Made by a program: the position numbers and the translations under genes. A stretch of DNA of 64,000 nucleotides from an uncultured delta proteobacterium (GTDB lineage: Bacteria > Desulfobacterota > Binatia > UBA9968): NCBI GenBank assembly GCA_963804165.1, contig CAWDPO010000014.1, positions 32,001 to 96,000 of the forward strand, written 5' to 3'. Shown here piece by piece: positions 22,591 to 32,480 of this stretch (its first letter is position 1; each line of letters begins with the position of its first letter). Below the pieces are notes generated by a model. That model did no database searches. It was not told where the DNA came from and saw nothing but the letters and a program-made list of their open reading frames with translations.

Positions 22591-23382
22591 TTATTTCGAC
22601 CTTTTCATCGGCAGGCGGTCCGGCACCACGTTGGTCACCGCGGGAGATTTCTCCAGGACCCTCAATGCGTCGACCCCCACTCGCAGCGCGATGCCGGGAA
22701 TACTTCTATAAAGTCGCATTACCCTGTAACGCGTACCGGTCAGTTCCGCCAAAATATAACCCTGAGCGTCATGGATCGCGGTTCGCTGTAACGCGAGCAG
22801 ATTCTCGTTCAATAATTCCTCCCGCTGCCATGGAGTCCGTAATCCGGCGATGACGAGAACGGTACCGTGGGTTGTGGCGTGTTTGAAGAGATCGAACGGC
22901 ACTTTCTCAGATGTGCCGGTTTCGCTGTTGGCTGCGGTGGCTTCTCCCTGTGCGAGCCGATAATTGCCGCCGTCGGCCGAACTCGACGGTGGGCGATCGA
23001 GCAGGACATTGGTCACAATCGGCAACCTCGCCAACTCGGCCAAGGCATCGGCGCCTACTTCCAAGGCGATGCCCGGAACTTCGTGATAGCGCCGTAGAAT
23101 CTTATAGTTTTTTTTCTCCAACGTGATCAGGAGATCGCTTTGAATTGACGCGATCGCAGCACGCTGGGCGCGGAGCGCGTCGTCGCTCAGTCTTGATTCC
23201 ATCTCCCAGGGCACGTTTAAGCCTACGAGCACCAATACCGTGCCGTGAGCGGCGGCCTCGTCGATCACCTCGCGCGGGATTTTTTCTTGAGTTCGCGCCG
23301 TCGAAAAAGGCGCAGCGAGCAGTAGGAGGGCAACACAACAACTCATCCCTAAGAATCTTTGGCTCCGAACGGATAACTTCAT
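22591..23382 (-). CDS. Secreted protein with two tandem subtilase-propeptide (inhibitor I9)-like repeats
   Basis: Signal peptide; internal repeat HGTVLVxxGLxxPW...QRxAI...YxxxPGIALxVGxDALxxLxxxPxVTNVxxDR occurs twice. Confidence 0.55.
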   Translation of the reverse strand: MKLSVRSQRFLGMSCCVALLLLAAPFSTARTQEKIPREVIDEAAAHGTVLVLVGLNVPWEMESRLSDDALRAQRAAIASIQSDLLITLEKKNYKILRRYHEVPGIALEVGADALAELARLPIVTNVLLDRPPSSSADGGNYRLAQGEATAANSETGTSEKVPFDLFKHATTHGTVLVIAGLRTPWQREELLNENLLALQRTAIHDAQGYILAELTGTRYRVMRLYRSIPGIALRVGVDALRVLEKSPAVTNVVPDRLPMKRSK

Positions 23383-23832
23383 AAGCACTCTCGATCCGAT
23401 GTTTCGGTCTGCCGATTTAAGGGAGACAAGCAAAGCAGCGCTTACCCGGAGATGATTGTATACCCCCGTGGCACAGGCTGTCTAGATATCTTTGAGCGAT
23501 GCTCTAAGGGAGAATGCGTGAAGCTCATGGGTGGAGATGCACGTCTTTTGCAGGATCACTTCCTGTGTCCCGCCAAGGCCGTTTCAGCGAGCCACGCGTT
23601 CTGAACGGCGACTTGAGCGTTGTTTACGTTGCTATGACGGCTTCCATGAGCCCGGGCCAACATGATCGCTTCGCTGCCACTTGGCCACTCTCGAGAAGTG
23701 TGGATTCTTCCATTAAGAATCTTGTTGAACGCCGGACTACGCTTTGATATTCGGGGATTCGGTGGGACTCAACGCGAAGCGCCGCGATTTCGCGATGCGC
23801 CGCGTCAAGTTACGCCATAGAGGTAATATATC

Positions 23833-24906
23833 ATGCCGACCATCGATGCTGACGCGCATGTCGTTGAATCGGAACGCACCTGGGACTACATCGACAAAGC
23901 CGATCAAAAATACCGCCCGTTGATTGTCAAGCCGCGCGGTGAGGGCGGCGGCGAATACTGGTACATCGACGGCAAGATCCGCGGCCTGGTGCGGATCGTT
24001 CTGACCGCCAAGAACGTCGAGGACGTAGCAAGACGCACCGGCCGCGACATGAATACCCCGCAAGAAACCCGCGAGATGGAGAACGTGGCGGCGCGGCTCA
24101 AGCACATGGACGAGCTCGGCATCGACATCCAGGTGCTTTACCCGACCATGTTCATCGAGCAAATCGCCGACAAGCCCGAGTGGGAAATTCCGATCAGCAG
24201 AGGCTACAACCGCTGGCTCGCTGACATTCACTCCCAGGGCCAGGGGCGGCTGCGTTGGATTTGCGTGCTGCCGTTGCTCGACATGAGCACTGCGCTCGAA
24301 GAGCTCAAGTTCTGCGCGGCGCATGGCGCCTGCGGCGTTTTCATGCGCGGCATCGAAGGCCAGCGCATGATCACCGATCCGTATTTCTATCCACTCTACG
24401 AAGAGATGAGCCGGCTTGATCTCGCCGTCGGTGTCCACGTCGGCAACGCCAACCCGTACGTCATCGATCTCGTGTCGCAGTACAACGGCGGCGGCAGCTT
24501 CTGGAAATTTCGCATTCCGGTGATCGGCGCGTTTCATTCGGTGGTCATGAGCGAGGTGCCTAAGTTATTTCCCAGACTGCGCTTTCACTGGGCCGAAGCC
24601 GCCGCCCAGTGGATCCCCTACGTCGTCAAAGATTTCCAACGCCGCTGGGGCGCGATCAATCGGCCGCTGCCGGAAAACCCCCTCAAAGAGTATCGCCAGT
24701 TCGTCTCGTGCCAAACCGACGATGACGTCGACTATGTTCTCAAATACTCCGGCGAAGAAAACCTCGTCATCGGCACCGACTACGGCCACAACGACCAATC
24801 GACGGAGATCGAAGCGCTGAGGAATTTGAAATCCCAAGGCGGTATCACAGTACGCCAGTACGAAAAAATTACCTATGATAATCCGAAGGTGTTGTTTGCG
24901 CTGTGA
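23833..24906 (+). CDS. Amidohydrolase_2 family protein
   Basis: IDADAHVVE, MDELGIDIQVLYPT, GVH, GTDYGH. Confidence 0.88.
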   Translation: MPTIDADAHVVESERTWDYIDKADQKYRPLIVKPRGEGGGEYWYIDGKIRGLVRIVLTAKNVEDVARRTGRDMNTPQETREMENVAARLKHMDELGIDIQVLYPTMFIEQIADKPEWEIPISRGYNRWLADIHSQGQGRLRWICVLPLLDMSTALEELKFCAAHGACGVFMRGIEGQRMITDPYFYPLYEEMSRLDLAVGVHVGNANPYVIDLVSQYNGGGSFWKFRIPVIGAFHSVVMSEVPKLFPRLRFHWAEAAAQWIPYVVKDFQRRWGAINRPLPENPLKEYRQFVSCQTDDDVDYVLKYSGEENLVIGTDYGHNDQSTEIEALRNLKSQGGITVRQYEKITYDNPKVLFAL

Positions 24907-24989
24907 ACGTCACCCTCAGGTAAATTATTGATGTTGCTGATCAGCAGTTAGGCGTTACGCCAATAGCGAATTCTGGGCTAGAAGGGTAG

Positions 24990-25515
<526 letters not shown>

Positions 25516-25536
25516 CTTTGGGTCGAGAAGTTTGAT

Positions 25537-25713
25537 GACTACGTCATCAAACATTCCGGCGAAGAAAACCTCGTCATCGGCACCGACTACGGCCATAACG
25601 ACCAATCGACGGAGATCGAAGCGCTGCGGAATCTGAAATCTCAGGGCAGCATCACGCCGCGGCAGTATGAGAAGATTACGTATGATAATCCGAAGGAGCT
25701 GTTTGCGCTGTGA
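25537..25713 (+). repeat. Diverged duplicate of the last 177 nt of the amidohydrolase gene (24730-24906)
   Basis: Manual alignment: ungapped, about 24 of 177 nt differ, mostly synonymous; both copies end in TTTGCGCTGTGA. Confidence 0.95.
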
Positions 25714-25805
25714 AGAAAGGACGCTTTTGGCGGGTGTATCGATGATGCGCCAATTCGCCTCGCGCGATTGCCGATGCGGATCTAGATGCACAGGAGTCCT
25801 ACGTC

Positions 25806-26156
25806 ATGAAACAAACATACAAAGGTTCGTGTCACTGCGGTAAGATTCAGTTCGAAGTCGATGCCGATCTTGACCATGTTCGGGTGTGCGATTGCTCAAT
25901 ATGCCGTCGAAGAGGTGCACTCAATCACCGCGTCGAGGAGCAAGATTTCCGCCTGTTAACACCGTTAGAAGAACTTTCCCTGTATCAATGGCATACGAAA
26001 ACTGCCAAAGACTACTTTTGCCCTGACTGCGGTATTTTACCGTTTCGTCGTCCGCGAACGGTCCCGCAGCTATGGACGGTCAATGTTCGTTGTCTCGAAG
26101 GAGTCGATCTATCATCTATCCCCATCAAATATGTTTACGGAAGCCGACTCGATTAA
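25806..26156 (+). CDS. GFA/CENP-V family Zn-binding protein
   Basis: GSCHCG, CDCSIC, FCPDCG, VNVRCL. Confidence 0.88.
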   Translation: MKQTYKGSCHCGKIQFEVDADLDHVRVCDCSICRRRGALNHRVEEQDFRLLTPLEELSLYQWHTKTAKDYFCPDCGILPFRRPRTVPQLWTVNVRCLEGVDLSSIPIKYVYGSRLD

Positions 26157-26170
26157 GATTGTGAGGTGTT

Positions 26171-27229
26171 ATGAAATTACTTATGGCTAATATTGGCGCA
26201 GCGATCGCCATTGTTGGTTCTCTCAACGTCAACGGCGTCTTCGCGCAGCAGGCTCCGGGCAAAAGGAACTTCGAAGCGGAGATTCAGGTCGCTTTGCAGT
26301 CGGCCAAGACCGCTGCTGGGTTCGAATTCCAGGGCACTTTGGTCCGGACGTGTTTGTTGCCGCAGAGTGGCGGCGAAAACTTGAGCGACAACGTGCCAGG
26401 TTACGTCACGAATCCCGCTAGCGCGCCGGCGCGTGACACCTGGTACGCGGAACCCGCCAAGGTCTTTGACAATCTCTACTTCGTCGGTGGCAAGCTTCAC
26501 TCAGCCTGGGCTTTGACGACGAAGGAAGGGATCATCCTCATCGACACGATCTATCCCTACAACTCCGAGGAACTGGTCATCGGTGGGATGCAGAAGGTCG
26601 GCCTCGATCCGAAGAACATCAAGTATGTTCTTATCTCCCACGCTCATGGTGATCACATCGGCGGCGCCGAGATGCTGCAGACCCGGTATAGCGCGCGAAT
26701 CGTCATGGGCGGACCGGATTGGGAATGGGTTGAGAAGTATCCGAACCGGTACAAAACCATGGCGCCGAAACGCGACGTCGTCGCTACCGACGGCATGAAG
26801 ATAACGCTGGGTGAGACGACGGTAACCATCTGGCTTACCCCCGGCCATACGCCGGGCACGATGTCGTACACTTTTACCGTGTTGGACCGAGGCAAGCCGG
26901 TCAACATAGCGTATTCGGGTGGCACGGCGTTCAATTTTGTGAACAACACGCCCGACCCGGGCATTAAGAATTTCCAGACTTATATCGACTCGCAGAAGCA
27001 CATGGAAGCAAAAGCCGCCTCTACCAATGCCACCGTCCTGCTCTCGAACCACTCGGAGTTCGACAACGCGGTCAGCAAGAACAGAATGCTCGCCGGGCGC
27101 GGTAACGGTCCGCATCCATACGAACTCGGCGCTGCTTCGGTCCAGCGCTATTTCCAGGTCATGCAAGGTTGCGCCCGGGCCGCGCAGCTGAGGCTGGAGC
27201 AGAAACTGGTTGAAACAGCGATGCCGTAA
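26171..27229 (+). CDS. Secreted metallo-beta-lactamase-fold hydrolase (subclass B3-like)
   Basis: PAKVFDNLYFVG, SHAHGDHIGG, TPGHTPG; signal peptide. Confidence 0.82.
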   Translation: MKLLMANIGAAIAIVGSLNVNGVFAQQAPGKRNFEAEIQVALQSAKTAAGFEFQGTLVRTCLLPQSGGENLSDNVPGYVTNPASAPARDTWYAEPAKVFDNLYFVGGKLHSAWALTTKEGIILIDTIYPYNSEELVIGGMQKVGLDPKNIKYVLISHAHGDHIGGAEMLQTRYSARIVMGGPDWEWVEKYPNRYKTMAPKRDVVATDGMKITLGETTVTIWLTPGHTPGTMSYTFTVLDRGKPVNIAYSGGTAFNFVNNTPDPGIKNFQTYIDSQKHMEAKAASTNATVLLSNHSEFDNAVSKNRMLAGRGNGPHPYELGAASVQRYFQVMQGCARAAQLRLEQKLVETAMP

Positions 27230-27270
27230 AAGGGCTGTCGCGGCACCGGTACCGGCTACGCGACAGCGCC

Positions 27271-27335
27271 GTAGCCCCGGATGAAGCTTGTCGCAATCCG
27301 GGTTCCTGGTTTTCGTTTCACTCCATCCAGGCTAG
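27271..27335. repeat. Degenerate GTAG-type REP doublet between convergent genes
   Basis: GTAGCCCCGGATGAAG...AATCCGGG followed by the inverted copy CCTGGTTTTCGTTTCACTCCATCCAGGCTAG. Confidence 0.6.
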
Positions 27336-27348
27336 ATGACCGATCAAA

Positions 27349-27890
27349 TCAATCCAACGGCTGCTTTTCTCCCGGAACCGAAACATCAAAAGCGTTTAGC
27401 GTCATTGCAACCATCGAATAAAAGCCTACGGCGCTGACAAGCTCGACCATTTTCTGTTCGCCAAACAGAGCCATACCTCGAGTGAAATTCACTTCGGACA
27501 GCCTATGGGTCGTATTGAGTTCCATGGTGATGTTGTAGACCAGGCGTTCGTCGTCGCGGGTGAACGTGGGTGTGCGGCGCTCGCGGATGGCTTCGACGAT
27601 GTCCGGCGAGATACCGAGCTTGAGCGCGTGGGGTGCGTGGATGAACCAGGCAAACTGTGCTGTTGAGTGGCGAGCGCTAACTAAAATCATCAATTGTACC
27701 AAGCGTCGTTCGAGCTGAACGCGCGAGGCAAACATATCCGAAGCTTGAGCGTGTACTCGGCGAGTTCGGGATTGCGCAGCCAGACGGCGAACGGGCCGCG
27801 GATCTGGCCGCGCACGCGCTTGATTTCGTCATAGAGTCGGCGCTGGTCGGGAGAGAGTTTGGCTTCGTCGATCTCTGGCAAGCGGGGCAT
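27349..27890 (-). CDS. Carboxymuconolactone decarboxylase (CMD) family protein (apparent frameshift near 27740)
   Basis: MPRLPEID...RGPFAVWLRNPELA joins ...AQFAWFIHAPHALKLG...ELVSAVGFYSMVAMTLNAF. Confidence 0.78.
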
Positions 27891-27921
27891 GGGTGCATCC
27901 AAAAATTTGTTCAACGAAGCA

Positions 27922-28040
27922 TGTCATTCTGAGGAGCTGGGCGGCGAAGAATCTGTTTTGTATTTTACGGTGACGATTACGACCTCCCTGTTGCACCCTC
28001 TGCAAAAAAGCAGATCCTTCGCCTCTGTCTCAGGATGACA
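27922..28040. repeat. Miniature inverted-repeat (REP/MITE-like) element
   Basis: TGTCATTCTGAG...GCGAAGAATCT at the left end; AGATCCTTCGC...CTCAGGATGACA at the right end. Confidence 0.65.
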
Positions 28041-28126
28041 GGTAGGAAATGCTCAAGACGACAGAAACAAAACGCTGAGGGGAAAGAAACCAAAGTCCAG
28101 GATCGTTCAGGCAACTTGCTCCACGG

Positions 28127-29116
28127 TCAGAACTTTAACCCTTCGACGAATTTCTCCTGCTTCAGCCGGTCCATGATCGAGCTATCGACGAACTCCTTCG
28201 GGTCGCGGCGCGGGGCGTCGGGGTATTCTTTGCCGAAGTTTTCTAAAATGAGCTTTGTGCCCTCGATCGTTGGGGTGATGTAATCCGGCATGAGGGACGA
28301 GACAAATTCAAACTCGGTGGCGGCCAGCTTGGGATCGTTGATCTTCATGTATTTGCTGATGATGCGTTCGCTGTCGGCGCGGTTGCGCTTGAGCGCGACG
28401 ATCGATTCCGTGGCGCACTTCATGTAGCGATAGGCGAGCTCGCGATTCTTGTTGAGCCAGGTTTCTTCGACGACGACGGAAGTCCACGGAAAAGGGATCG
28501 CCATCTGCTGGGCCGTGGCGAGCACGCGAAAGCCCAGCGCGCGGGCGTTGTCCGTCGCGGCGGCGCCGAGAAAAGTATATTGAATCGTGCCGGTTTTTAG
28601 AGCGGCGACACGGCTCGAGTCGCCTCCCATTTGCAGCATCTTTAGGTCCCTGTCCACGTTGAGGCCGTTTTTGCGGAAGAGATAGCGAAAGCCCTGGTCG
28701 GTGGACGAGCCGAAGCGTGAGATGCCGGCGAGCTTACCTGGGAGATCCGGGATTCCTTTGATGTCGGGATGGACGACCAGATTTGACGCGAGCCAAGGTA
28801 AGGGATTGCCCAGGATCGTCAGCTTGACGCCGCGCAAGCGCGCTTCGATCGACACCGGCCCGCCGCCGGCGATCTGCACGCTTCCGCCGACGAGGGCGGC
28901 GATGTTCATCGTACCGCTATTGATGTAGAGCAATTCGCCTTCAAGTCCGTGCTTGGCAAAGAAATTTTTCTCTTGGGCTACCCAAAGAAAAGCTTGAGTT
29001 GCATTGACGGCTGAATAAGAGATGCGTAACCTATCGGCAGCGAAAAGGCTCGAAGCCGAGCCACTTATCGCGATCGTGATCACCAGAAGGACGATGACTC
29101 TATTGAATCTGTTCAT
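28127..29116 (-). CDS. ABC transporter substrate-binding protein, NMT1/SsuA type
   Basis: Signal peptide; WVAQEKNFFAKHGLE and GISRFGSSTD. Confidence 0.85.
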   Translation of the reverse strand: MNRFNRVIVLLVITIAISGSASSLFAADRLRISYSAVNATQAFLWVAQEKNFFAKHGLEGELLYINSGTMNIAALVGGSVQIAGGGPVSIEARLRGVKLTILGNPLPWLASNLVVHPDIKGIPDLPGKLAGISRFGSSTDQGFRYLFRKNGLNVDRDLKMLQMGGDSSRVAALKTGTIQYTFLGAAATDNARALGFRVLATAQQMAIPFPWTSVVVEETWLNKNRELAYRYMKCATESIVALKRNRADSERIISKYMKINDPKLAATEFEFVSSLMPDYITPTIEGTKLILENFGKEYPDAPRRDPKEFVDSSIMDRLKQEKFVEGLKF

Positions 29117-29439
29117 GGTGACGAAATGGATACAGCGATCGAGGGCGCTAGGTCAAGCTTTGATGGGGCGGTCGAGGCAGCCGAATGAACCTGAGCGCGG
29201 CTTGTGCCGGCGCTTGGCGCAACGAGGCGTCGTCAACGATAGGCAGCGTTCTGCGATCTTTGCTCGCGGTTTGTCTCGGAATGCTGCAAAACGAAGGAGC
29301 TGTTCGGCGACGGCTCTCCAATTATTGCCTACAAAGAGACCTCAAGATTGCTTTTAGCTCATGCCGGCTTTATAGTTTTGCGCCAAGCAGTAAATATAGA
29401 TCCGCCCACTGATGTACATCCTCAACAAAAGCGCGCGCG

Positions 29440-30201
29440 ATGAGCTTCGATTTCCATGACAGAGTCGCCTTGGTGACCGGTGCCGCCTCCGGCATAGGTC
29501 GCGCCAGCGCATTGGCATTTGCGCGCGCCGGCGCAAAGGTGGTTGTCGCCGACATCACCGACGTCGGCGGGCGCGAAACGGTTGACGCAATTACGTCCAG
29601 CCACGGCGAAGCCGTTTTCATCAAGACTGATGTCACAAAGACCGCCGAAGTCAGTTCTTTGATCGACAAAGTCGTAGCGCATTTCGGCAAGCTGGACTTT
29701 GCTCATAACAACGCAGGCACCGAGGGTGTGATTGCGTTTACACATGACTGTTCCGAAGAAAATTGGGATGCAACTATAAACGCCAATCTCAAGGGAGTCT
29801 GGCTTTGTCTGAAATACGAGCTTCCGCCCATGCTCGAGCAGCGCTTCGGGGTCATCGTCAATACATCCTCGGTGGCGGGACTGGTCGGACTGAAAGGCTC
29901 GCCGGCTTACGCCGCCAGCAAGCATGGAGTGATCGGGCTGACAAAAACAGCCGCCCTCGAATACGCCAAAACCGGCGTTCGGATCAATGCTGTTTGCCCT
30001 GGCCTTATTCGCACGCCGATGATCGAGCGGCAGATAAAAGATAATCCGCAAAAAGAAGCAAATTTGATCGGCCAGCAACCTTTCGGACGCATGGGGACGC
30101 CCGAGGAAGTCGCTGGCGCAGTGATGTGGTTGTGCTCGGATACCGCGTCCTTCGTCACCGGCACCGCAGTTCAGGTGGACGGCGGCTTGGTCGCACTATG
30201 A
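29440..30201 (+). CDS. Short-chain dehydrogenase/reductase
   Basis: TGAASGIG, NNAG, YAASKH. Confidence 0.9.
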   Translation: MSFDFHDRVALVTGAASGIGRASALAFARAGAKVVVADITDVGGRETVDAITSSHGEAVFIKTDVTKTAEVSSLIDKVVAHFGKLDFAHNNAGTEGVIAFTHDCSEENWDATINANLKGVWLCLKYELPPMLEQRFGVIVNTSSVAGLVGLKGSPAYAASKHGVIGLTKTAALEYAKTGVRINAVCPGLIRTPMIERQIKDNPQKEANLIGQQPFGRMGTPEEVAGAVMWLCSDTASFVTGTAVQVDGGLVAL

Positions 30202-30202
30202 A

Positions 30203-31642
30203 ATGCGAGGTCGAATACATTCGATGATATCAGGAACATTAGAGCGTAGAGACGTAGACGGGCCGCCGGCGATGGCGCTGATCGGCGCGAAAGGCAATTT
30301 CTTCCAGTTCATGAGAGATCCCGTCGGTTCGATGATCAGACTGCACCACAATCATGGAAAAGTTGTTGCCCTGACCAAGGGACTCGCGCAAAGCGGCATC
30401 TGTCTGTTTGGCCCTGAATACAACCGGCAGGTACTGAGTGATGGTTCGATCTTCCAATGCACGGGGTACGTTCATGCGGGGCCGATGAGCTCGGCCAATC
30501 ACCGGATCAGCCGCAGCTTGTTGAGTATGAACGGAGAACAGCACAGAGAGCATCGAAAAATGATGACGCCTGCTTTCCATCCCGGCCTCTTGCCGTCTTA
30601 TCAAGAGAAAATCATCCGGTTGGTCGATCAAATGCTGGAGCGTTGGGATGGGCAGTCTTCGATCAATCTCTCCCATGAGATGAGACAGTTGTCTTTGGCC
30701 GTTTCGGGCATGGTGTTGTTTGGTCTCGACAGCGCGGCTCAGGCCTACGAAATGGGTGACACCATCGAGCGCTGGATGAAGCGCAATTTTTCCATTGCGC
30801 GCGCCATCCGGATCACGTTTCCAGGCTCGCCTTATCATCGCATGCTGCGGGCGGCGGAGAAGGTTGAAGATATCGTCAGGCAAACTCTCCAACAACGAAA
30901 ATTGCGCTTGCCGTCGGAGTCGAGTGACGTGCTGTCGGCTTTGCTGCAATCACCAAACAACGGCAGCGAAGCGCTGACCGCAGAGCAACAAATCGGCCAT
31001 TTTACCCTTCTCTTCGGTGCAAGTTATGACACGGTCGCCAACGGTTTAGCTTGGACCCAGTTCTTATTGTGCGAACATCCATCGGTTTGTGGGAAACTCA
31101 TGGAGGAACTCGACGGGCTGCGCGGAGCAACTCCCGATCCCGGTGGTTGGGAGCAGTTGCCACTGCTTGATCAGGTCGTCAAGGAAAGCTTGCGCATTCT
31201 CCCGCCGATCGTCTTTAGCTCTCGCGTTTGCAGCGAACCCGTTGAGATCGGCCCCTATCAATTTGGCAAAGGAACAACGTTCATACTAAGCCACTATATT
31301 ACCCACCATATGCCGGACTTGTACCCGCAGCCGGAAAGATTCTTGCCGGAGCGGTGGGCAAACACGAGTCCGAGTCTGTATTCGTATTTACCCTTTGGGG
31401 CCGGCGCTCACGTGTGTCTTGGAGCCTCCTTCGCCATCATGACCATGAAGATCGCCATCGCGATGATCCTGCAACGCTATCGCCTTTCGATCGTGCCCAA
31501 CTCCAGGATCGATCGTAACGTCGTGCTTACCCTCAATCCGTCCCAGGGCATCTCCATGAGAATACAGCGCCAAGATCGCGAATTCCAAAAAAGCAAGGCC
31601 GCCGTACGCGGAAATATTCATGAAATGGTTAATCTAAATTAA
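30203..31642 (+). CDS. Cytochrome P450
   Basis: ESLR (ExxR), PERF and heme motif FGAGAHVCLG. Confidence 0.92.
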   Translation: MRGRIHSMISGTLERRDVDGPPAMALIGAKGNFFQFMRDPVGSMIRLHHNHGKVVALTKGLAQSGICLFGPEYNRQVLSDGSIFQCTGYVHAGPMSSANHRISRSLLSMNGEQHREHRKMMTPAFHPGLLPSYQEKIIRLVDQMLERWDGQSSINLSHEMRQLSLAVSGMVLFGLDSAAQAYEMGDTIERWMKRNFSIARAIRITFPGSPYHRMLRAAEKVEDIVRQTLQQRKLRLPSESSDVLSALLQSPNNGSEALTAEQQIGHFTLLFGASYDTVANGLAWTQFLLCEHPSVCGKLMEELDGLRGATPDPGGWEQLPLLDQVVKESLRILPPIVFSSRVCSEPVEIGPYQFGKGTTFILSHYITHHMPDLYPQPERFLPERWANTSPSLYSYLPFGAGAHVCLGASFAIMTMKIAIAMILQRYRLSIVPNSRIDRNVVLTLNPSQGISMRIQRQDREFQKSKAAVRGNIHEMVNLN

Positions 31643-31922
31643 TCCGTTCCTATGGCATGCGCGGTTCCCCGTCTACGCGATTGATATGCGCATGGAATGT
31701 TCGCGTGAAGACCGACCGCGGTTTTGAGAACCCCCCTTATCGCGCCGCTTCAGCGCAGTGCTCCGGTTGTTTTTTGTTTGCACATTCTGCCCATTGTTCG
31801 GCGGCACAGCTCTCCGGCGCGCTGGCGATAACTTCGAACAGGATACGTTGACTGCGATGCCTCAGATCAATTGTAATCTGCAGAGTTGATGATCTATATT
31901 TGACACGCTTGGAGGTAATCAA

Positions 31923-32333
31923 ATGGCAACGCATTGGTTGTTTAAGACCGAACCTTCGGTCTATTCATACGAACAATTGGTGAAGGACAAAAAGACCATG
32001 TGGGACGGGGTGGCGAATAATCTGGCGCTGAAAAATCTGCGCGATATCAAGAAGGGCGATTTGATTTTTATTTATCATACCGGCGACGAAAAACAGGCTG
32101 TCGGAATCGCCCGCGCGTTGGGCGGCGCCTACGCCGATCCGAGCAAGAAAGATCCCAAGTTGTTGGTGGTCGATATCGAGCCGGTAAAAGCGCTGCCCAA
32201 GCCCGTGACGCTGGCGCAAGTGAAAGCCGATAAGAAACTCGCCAACTTCGATCTCGTGCGCAACTCACGGCTGTCGATCATGAAGGTGACCGACGAGCAG
32301 TGGGAGATTATGGAAGGGATGACCCGCGGGTAG
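31923..32333 (+). CDS. EVE domain protein
   Basis: WLFKTEP, WDGVAN, GDLIFIYHTG, RLSI. Confidence 0.9.
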   Translation: MATHWLFKTEPSVYSYEQLVKDKKTMWDGVANNLALKNLRDIKKGDLIFIYHTGDEKQAVGIARALGGAYADPSKKDPKLLVVDIEPVKALPKPVTLAQVKADKKLANFDLVRNSRLSIMKVTDEQWEIMEGMTRG

Positions 32334-32480
32334 CGCACGGTCTCGGAAATTGACAACAGAATTTGATCATTGCTTAGCGCGAACTGTAGTAGCCCGCTAA
32401 ACACAGCATCCTGCTTTTAGGTGAGATCGCGAACGCTCAGAAACGCTCCACGGGCATGATGGCCACAAGCGGGAGTCCGG

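Noticed and set aside
26171-27229. Bona fide carbapenemase resistance gene
   Set aside because: B3-like motifs are present, but the N-terminal extension and divergence mean activity cannot be inferred from sequence.
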